Assembly (NCBI GenBank): GCA_054661495.1
Contig: BAAFSQ010000327.1
Span: 1-10,390 of the forward strand
DNA: 10,390 nucleotides
Direction: 5' to 3'
Source: Zygophlyctis sp. KS116
Lineage: Eukaryota > Fungi > Chytridiomycota
In this document: piece by piece, positions 1 through 6,286 of the stretch
Layout of the letters: each line of letters opens with the position of its first letter
How positions within the stretch are numbered: the stretch's first letter is position 1
Notes under the pieces: model-generated
Told to the model about the DNA's origin: nothing
The model's input: only the letters and a program-made list of their open reading frames with translations
The model's database searches: none
Translations under genes and position numbers: made by a program

Positions 1-906
1 CATACAATTCGTTAGCTAGCACCTTTACAAACCAAGACAAAGTTTTAGAAAGTGATGTGTCAATCACCACGATATACGTTCCATTCCCAACGTCTATGGT
101 TCGTCGATAACTGCTTCTGCATAACTCGTCATAAATTTCCGCCGCTTCATCATGCCAAAGTACTTTTTGGTCAAATTCTTCAAGCTTTCTCCGGACGTTT
201 GGTTTCAAGTCAAGATGCTTCTTCCACTTTTCCGTTCTTGGAAGCTTTGGGCATTGTGGATACGGGTTCAGGAATCGCGATTCGTAAGTTTCAAAGATCT
301 GACGAGCATCCAGCGTTCCCTTTAAAAAGTCACGCTCTGCTTCGATGCGTTTGATTTTCTCTTTCAATAATTCAAGTAGATCAATATTGGATTGTAGTTC
401 TTGTTCTTTGGATTTTAGTACTTGATCTTTGGATTGTAGTAATTGTTCTTTGGATTGTAGTTCTTGATCTTTGGATTGTAGTACTAGATCTACTTCTCGT
501 TCTTTGGATTGTAAAAATTCCATCAAGATTGATTCTTTTTCCTCAGTCGTCATGGTGGATTGCAAAACCATGGAAACTTTTGAGCAAGAACTGTTTTGAA
601 GACTAGAGACCTGAGAGGAGACCACAGATTTAACAATGAGTGGATTTCCAACAGAATTTCCTTCCAAATAATCAGCAGGAGAGGCTCCAACTTTAATTTC
701 AGTAGTTCCATCAGATTTGTAAAGAGTGATGGGAGTATTTTGAGGGATGTCAAGTAAAGGTCTGTTTCGAATGGCAACTTTGGTAAGCTAAAATTTCTAA
801 TGATACCTTTAAAGTGAGCGACATCAGAGCATCCATCAATAGAGACTCTTGTAGGACCAAATCTCCTCGCAAGCGCCTCATATGCAACCCAGAGCTTTTT
901 TGACAT
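1..906 (-). CDS. Crinkler-like (CRN) protein: N-terminal ubiquitin-like header domain, heptad-repeat coiled coil and unknown C-terminal domain; 3'-partial. Exons 906-807 and 777 to <1
   Basis: ATG at 906. Removing the 29-nt intron 806-778 gives MSKKLWVAYEALARRFGPTRVSIDGCSDVAHFK/VAIRNRPLLDIPQNTPITLYKSDGTTEIKVGASPADYLEGNSVGNPLIVK..., and the frame stays open for 777 nt to the window edge (292 codons in total). The 'KLWV...PTRVS..GC.DV..F...I.L...DGTTEI......GNS..NPL.VK' pattern resembles fungal CRN-like N-terminal domains (recognised from memory, not searched). Confidence 0.75.
387..514 (-). repeat. Coding 21-bp tandem repeat (CTACAATCCAAAGAWCAAGWA-like), 4 full copies plus partial/spaced copies, encoding LQSKDQE-type heptads
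   Basis: On the - strand from 481: CTACAATCCAAAGATCAAGAA / CTACAATCCAAAGAACAATTA / CTACAATCCAAAGATCAAGTA / CTAAAATCCAAAGAACAAGAA / CTACAATCCAA. A further TTACAATCCAAAGAAC copy starts at 514. Translation: LQSKEREVDLV LQSKDQE LQSKEQL LQSKDQV LKSKEQE LQSN. Confidence 0.93.
778..806 (-). other. Spliceosomal intron, 29 nt (CRN-like gene)
   Basis: GTATCATTAGAAATTTTAGCTTACCAAAG; removal joins the ATG exon to the long open frame. The earlier TTTTAG acceptor (19 nt) leads to a stop. Confidence 0.8.
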
Positions 907-989
907 TTTTTTAGTTTTGAAGAGAAAATGTTCACAGAGCGCCGTCAAAATTTCAAAGTAAAAACTCAATTTATGTAAAATCTCCCAGT

Positions 990-2128
990 CTAGAAATATA
1001 ATCGTTGACATTGTGACATTGTACTATCTTGAGGACAATACGGACATTTGAATTTAGCATTTGCATTACCTTTTGCAAGCCTATTCAGAGGTTCTTTTAA
1101 AATTACATGTCCACAAACCAAACGCATTGGTGGATTATCCAGTGTAGCCTGTTCTTTTGAGACTGGACAAGTAAAAATTGAATGATATCTTTGAGAATCC
1201 AAAAGCGGTATTTCCACTGGTAATTCTCCCCTGGATTGCCAGTCCTAGAATTATTAATTCGTATTAAAATACCATATTCATCCCACTTTTTAAAATTGAA
1301 GACATTTTAAAAATAGTAGGAAGAGCCGTTGTACCAACCTTTGTTGAAACCAAGAGTGGAGCTAAAGGAGATAGTCCTAATAAAGAACAAAAATCTCTAG
1401 CAAATATTGATTGTATATCCATTAAAAAATGCGGTGCTGTAAAATCAGAATAAGGAGACTCTTTAATATTTTTAATAAAGAGTATAGAACACATTAATTT
1501 TTGTATATCTATCTTTTAGTGATTTAAATATACCAGATATAAATCTTTTTGAAAATCTCTTAAAATTCAATTTAGCAAATTCCAAACATTTCTGTACATT
1601 TCCAGTTGAAAGAATTTGTATAAATTTAAACCTTATTAATTCAAATTCCAGCCCAGAGTCTAATTTTTGTAATTTTTCAGAGTGAGTTTTTGCCCAATTG
1701 AGCGCGTCTGAAACATCTCCAACTCTTAATTTATCTTGAATATTAAACATTTCAGAGAATTGTAATTTAACCTCTTCATTTGACATTATTCCTGCCTCAT
1801 CTTCCAACATTGCAGCAAGATCAAAATGCCCTTCTCTAATAAAATGACTAGAAATTGCCAAAGGAAGACTCTCTTTACAAATTGTACCTGGAGTCCAAAT
1901 AGAATTTAAATCAATTTTAAATTTCTTGTCAAAATTCTTTTGAGTTTTTGAAATATTTGACATTAAATCCTTGTGAGAATCTATAGTTTTTGAGACATCT
2001 TCCTTTACTTTTTCTAGTGAAACCTTGCTATCCATTGACAAATATTCCAATACATTATCTAGAACTGACAATGCTTCCCTTTGAACCAGTTTTTGTCTTT
2101 TGAGTATCTTGTCAAATTCAATTTCCAT
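990..2128 (-). CDS. RMD5: GID/CTLH complex RING E3 ligase subunit Rmd5/Gid2 (RMND5 family), about 361 aa; exons 2128-1534, 1508-1273, 1244-990
   Basis: LisH-like 'LAISSHFIREGHFDLAAML', CTLH-like 'DALNWAKTH...LEFELIRFKFIQIL', CRA region 'DIQKLMCSILF...ESPY...FARDFCSLLGLS..APL', and degenerate RING 'ELPVEIPL...YHSIFTCPVSKEQATLDNPPMRLVCGHVI...KFKCPYCP'. Spliced length is 1086 nt (362 codons), ending in TAG. Confidence 0.93.
1245..1272 (-). other. Spliceosomal intron, 28 nt (RMD5 intron 2)
   Basis: GTATTTTAATACGAATTAATAATTCTAG; joins ...GMNM to DWQSRGELPVEI. Confidence 0.9.
1509..1533 (-). other. Spliceosomal intron, 25 nt (RMD5 intron 1)
   Basis: GTATATTTAAATCACTAAAAGATAG; joins RFIS to DIQKLMCSILF. 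Confidence 0.9.
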
Positions 2129-2323
2129 TTCTTTTTTCTCAACGCGATGTTGCGATGTTTGACTTTTTGACCGCCAGCGTCCAGTGTTTGAGTGCCACGA
2201 CTCACCGTCCAAAGGTCCTAGTCTTGTGTGCGCCTTGTTAGGTACTTATCAACCCTGTCATCAATGGTTGGATCAGTGCCCTCAAGACCAAAAGTTTCCG
2301 TCTAGTCCAAGGTCTTTTTTTTA
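2129..2323. promoter_or_regulatory. 195-nt divergent (bidirectional) promoter/5'UTR region between RMD5 and eIF2-gamma
   Basis: Head-to-head ATGs at 2128 (-) and 2324 (+). GC-richer than other spacers; tandem GCGATGTT x2 at 2144-2159. Confidence 0.65.
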
Positions 2324-3759
2324 ATGGCAGAAACTCAAAATCTTAATCCTCTTTCACAACAGGTCATTTCTAAACAGGCAACTATTAATATTGGTACAAT
2401 CGGTCATGTAGCCCATGGAAAATCAACAGTGGTCAAGGCTATTTCCGGTGTACAAACTGTTCGGTTCAAGAATGAATTGGAAAGAAATATTACAATTAAA
2501 TTGGGTTATGCAAATGCAAAAATCTTTAAATGTGATCAAGAGTCTTGTCCTCGTCCAGGATGTTATAAATCTACAAAGTCTGATGTGGCTCAGGGATTTG
2601 CTTGTGAGCGGTTGAATTGCGGTGGGAAAATGATGTTGGTAAGGCATGTTTCGTTTGTGGATTGTCCAGGGCACGATATTCTAATGGCTACAATGTTAAA
2701 TGGGGCTGCAGTTATGGACGCTGCATTGTTATTAGTTGCTGGGAATGAATTATGTCCACAACCTCAAACTTCAGAACATTTGGCGGCAATTGAAATTATG
2801 AAGTTGAAACATATACTCATACTGCAGAATAAAATTGATTTAATAAAGGAATCAGCTGCAGAAGATCATTATCAATCAATTCTTAAATTTGTCAAGGGGA
2901 CTGTTGCTGATAATGCTCCGATTATTCCAATTTCTGCTCAATTGAAATATAATATTGATGCAATTAATGAATATATAGTCACAAAGATTCCAATACCTAT
3001 TAGAGACTTTTCGGCTGATGCAAGATTAATTGTGATTCGTTCTTTTGATGTTAATAAGCCAGGTAATTTTTTAAATTTTTTATATTTTATAGGTGCAGAA
3101 GTCTCAGAACTCAAAGGAGGTGTGGCTGGAGGATCTATTTTAAGAGGGGTTTTAAAGCTCGGAGATGAAATTGAGATTAGACCAGGAATAGTTTCAAAGG
3201 ATCAAGAGGGAAGAGTAAAATGTCGTCCTATTTTTTCTCGTATATTGACATTGTTTGCAGAAAATAATGATCTTACATTTGCTGTTCCTGGAGGTTTAAT
3301 TGGTATTTTGAAATAATTAATTTTAAAGGAGTTGGGACTAAAGTAGATCCTACTTTATGTAGAGCTGATCGTTTAGTAGGGCAAGTTTTAGGTGCAGTTT
3401 CTAAATTACCGTCTGTTTTTACTGAACTTGAAATTAATTATTTCCTGCTTCGAAGGCTCTTGGGTGTTAAAACTGAAGATAAAAAACAAACTAAAGTCCA
3501 AAATTTAACTAAAAATGAAGTTTTAATGGTTAATATTGGATCTACATCTACTGGCGGACGAGTTTTATCTGTTAAAGCCGATTTGGCAAAAATTATGTTA
3601 ACATCACCAGCTTGCACTGAAATCAACGAAAAAATAGCACTTAGTAGAAGAATAGACAAACATTGGAGGTATTTTTTTCCTTGTTTACATTATAGATTGA
3701 TTGGATGGGGTAAAATTAAACGCGGGACAACAATAGAACCAGATGATGTCAAAATATGA
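2324..3759 (+). CDS. GCD11: Translation initiation factor eIF2 gamma subunit, about 450 aa; exons 2324-3062, 3093-3302, 3329-3668, 3696-3759
   Basis: [18 protein letters not shown] (G1), [39 protein letters not shown] (G3), QNKID (G4), [64 protein letters not shown]. Spliced length is 1353 nt (451 codons), ending in TGA. Confidence 0.98.
3063..3092 (+). other. Spliceosomal intron, 30 nt, in-frame and stop-free (eIF2-gamma intron 1)
   Basis: GTAATTTTTTAAATTTTTTATATTTTATAG; unspliced, it inserts [10 protein letters not shown] into the conserved DVNKPG-AEV motif. Confidence 0.93.
3303..3328 (+). other. Spliceosomal intron, 26 nt (eIF2-gamma intron 2)
   Basis: GTATTTTGAAATAATTAATTTTAAAG; restores the conserved [15 protein letters not shown]. 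Confidence 0.95.
3669..3695 (+). other. Spliceosomal intron, 27 nt, in-frame and stop-free (eIF2-gamma intron 3)
   Basis: GTATTTTTTTCCTTGTTTACATTATAG; unspliced, it inserts YFFPCLHYR into the conserved KHWRLIGWG motif. Confidence 0.93.
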
Positions 3760-3811
3760 AAGCTTTTTAGTAGAAATTCCCAATAAAATCAACACTAAAA
3801 ACAATTTGGTA

Positions 3812-6076
3812 TTACAGAGTTGAATCAAAGAACCGATTGCTTGGCCAAGCTGAAGAACCATCTGCGGTGAGTCCAATTGGTTGATTTACTGGTCCAGTTA
3901 GGGATATTGGTGAAATTCCAGGAAATCCAGGTAGTGCTGAAGGTGCTGAAAAGGCCCCTGAAGATTGCATCTGGAGAAACTGTTGATGAGTCAACGCATT
4001 AGGTGGAATAGCGGAAGGAGGTTGCATTATACTTGTGCTAGAGGATAATGGAGGATTCCTATTTGACCATAAATTTTCCAAGCCCAGGTGGGCATTTGAA
4101 AGAGTATTAACCCCCTGATTTGTATTACCTATCAAACTACTCCAAGTGGAAGGTGGTGGTTTGTTAATTCCAGAAAGGAGATCAGAACTGGCAACCGGAG
4201 AACCTGAAATAAGTTCATCTGCCTCATCATATAGACCAGATAATCTCAGGGTGGCGGCCTCATCAACATAAAAGGCTGACAGTTCCGGTTCCTGAATTCC
4301 AGGTGGGCGATTTTGAGTACGACGTATTGGAGCATGTCTATTTATCGGTAAAGGAATCCCTGAGAGAGAGTGATCTGATCCTAACGTTTTTAAAGACGGA
4401 TTTGGGTTTGGCTGACCAATAAATCCAATATGATTCAGAGAAGAATGAGCCTGAGCACCTCTACTATTAACATCTTGTTGTGGAAGAGATAGCCCATAGC
4501 TTAATGGGGAGAATGTCACGCTAGGATCAATCGGCATAGGCTGTGATAATCCAGGAGGATTCTTTGTAGAGATTTGATTGGTGGTTGGATGACTTTCTGA
4601 ATTTACAGGACCCCTTTGAAGAGGAAAAGCGTTTACAAAATGTGGAGAATGAATTGAAGTATCTGCTCTGAAAATATTGTGTTGATTTTGTAGATGCTTC
4701 GTATAAGAAACATCTTTTAGAGAGGGAGAGGGAGGCATACTTTGAGACTCTGTGCTGGAAAGAGGTAATGATGATGAAGATCCTCTGTCAGAAACCGATG
4801 ATTTCAAATTATTAGAATCCTTTTCAAATCTTTCCCGTGCTTTTCTTTCCTTCCTTTCACGTTTAGCAGCCTTAATTTTTTCATCCTTTTCCTTTTTACG
4901 ATCTTCTTTAGCCTTTTCTTCGGCTTCTTTTTGAATTCTCATTTTAGCCTCCTCCCTTTCTTTTTGTAATAATTGCTCCTGAGCCTTTTTCTTTTGAAGT
5001 AATTGTTCTTTTGCTAATTTCTTTTCAAGTTGCTCTTTAGCTTCTTTTTGTTCAGCCTCTAGTTTTGCTAATTTTCTAGCTTCAGCTTCTTGCTCTTTTT
5101 TAATTTCCAAAAGCCTAGCCTTTTCTTTTTCTTCCATCTCAAATTTGAGTCTCTGCTCTTCCAATTCTTTCAAGGCATTTTCCTTTTCTTCCTTCAAACA
5201 AGACTCTTGTTTTTCCTTTTGTAAACTCTTGTTACGCTCTTCTTCTTTTTGCTTTTTAAGAGCCCTATTTTCATTATTAGTTTTAAAAAAATACTTTTTA
5301 GCAGCCTTTTTCTTTTCTTTCTCTAGCTTTGCACCCTCTTTAACTTTTTCTTCTTCTTCCAACTCTTCCAAAAGCCTCCTTTGTCTTTCTTGAGCCACTT
5401 TTTCTCTATAAGCTGTCAAAACCCGCTGCTCAAACATTTTTGCAGCAAAAATTTGAAACATTCTCCTTCCTTCTGCCATTCTCTGTTGTTCCCCAATAGA
5501 CTTTTTCTTGTTAAAATATTTTCGAGTACCTCATCTTCATCTTCTTCATCATACCCTTCAGAGTCTTCATCTTCATCATAGACATCATCCCATTCTTCTT
5601 CATCTGATTCTATACCTTCTTTATCCACTTCTTCTTCCATGACCCTTAATCTCTGTGCAGCCAATTCTTCCATGAGACATAAAAACTTTTGACCATCATT
5701 TTTCAAAAAATCATCAGCTACATGTAAAATTCCAGAAGATTTCAAATCATCATGTGAATTATGAATAGTTTTTTTCTTTTGATCATTTGCAAAATGTTCC
5801 AATTCTTCATAGTAAGCATCATAAAGAATTTCCAATTCCTCTTCAATGACTGACCTTTTTTTTAAATTCCAAAAATTACTTTTTCCTTCCACAAACGTTG
5901 CAAGAGCAATTCGATCGCTGCTGTTCCTTCATTTTCTTTAAAACTGCTTCTTTTTCCAACTTTACTAAACCCTTTCTGTCTTCCTCTGACAATTGAAGCC
6001 AGAATTCTCTAATCCTTACTTTCTCTGCTGCGTCGGAAGAGTACCAAATAGAGTCTTGTTTCTTCTTTTTTGTCAT
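3812..6076 (-). CDS. NST1: Stress response protein Nst1 homologue, about 726-728 aa; exons 6076-5880, 5854-5530, 5506 (or 5500)-5295, 5264-3812
   Basis: Family motifs 'IW.....[64 protein letters not shown]', '[24 protein letters not shown]', '[44 protein letters not shown]'. These are followed by a K/E coiled coil and an S/P-rich disordered tail, ending in TAA. Confidence 0.92.
5265..5294 (-). other. Probable spliceosomal intron, 30 nt, in-frame and stop-free (NST1 intron 3)
   Basis: GTATTTTTTTAAAACTAATAATGAAAATAG with a CTAAT branch motif; unspliced, it reads [10 protein letters not shown] inside a K/E coiled coil. Confidence 0.8.
5501..5529 (-). other. Spliceosomal intron, 29 nt (or 23 nt with the acceptor at 5507) (NST1 intron 2)
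   Basis: GTACTCGAAAATATTTTAACAAG[AAAAAG]; both acceptors restore the frame to [15 protein letters not shown]. Confidence 0.85.
5855..5879 (-). other. Spliceosomal intron, 25 nt (NST1 intron 1)
   Basis: GTAATTTTTGGAATTTAAAAAAAAG; restores [13 protein letters not shown]. Confidence 0.92.
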
Positions 6077-6090
6077 TTTGAAAATTCAAA

Positions 6091-6122
6091 TTTTTTTATT
6101 TTTTTTTTTCAATTTTTTTTTT
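6091..6122. promoter_or_regulatory. Poly(dA:dT) tracts just upstream of the NST1 start
   Basis: Three T-runs (tttttttatttttttttttcaatttttttttt) 15-46 nt upstream of the ATG at 6076. Such tracts disfavour nucleosomes; function here is inferred. Confidence 0.45.
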
Positions 6123-6286
6123 GGAAATTTATAAACTTATTATTGCATTTTTAAATCCTTATAATATTTACTTGAATAATTTCTTTCCGTGTACTGCTGC
6201 TTCAAGTATGGAATCATGCTATTAATAGATTTATTGGAATTATACTTAATATTCTGTAAACATTTATTACTGACCATCATCCAGGT

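Noticed and set aside
52-354. + strand 100-aa ORF, and other short tracked ORFs (2415, 2423, 3438, 3685, 4752, 5145, 5381, 6938, 7586, 9232, 9921)
   Set aside because: They are antisense or alternate-frame shadows of well-supported genes with no recognisable motifs; several mirror low-complexity K/E/D codons.
387-514. CRISPR array
   Set aside because: The units are contiguous with no unique spacers, lie in frame within a eukaryotic CDS, and no cas genes are present.
550-1011. 153-aa ORF taken as the real protein
   Set aside because: Its first part overlaps the RMD5 end and the spacer, and its last part is the wrong frame after the retained 29-nt intron.
2129-2212. N-terminal extension of RMD5 from the TTG at 2212
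   Set aside because: Non-ATG start in a eukaryote; the ATG at 2128 has an A-rich context and gives a normal-length protein.
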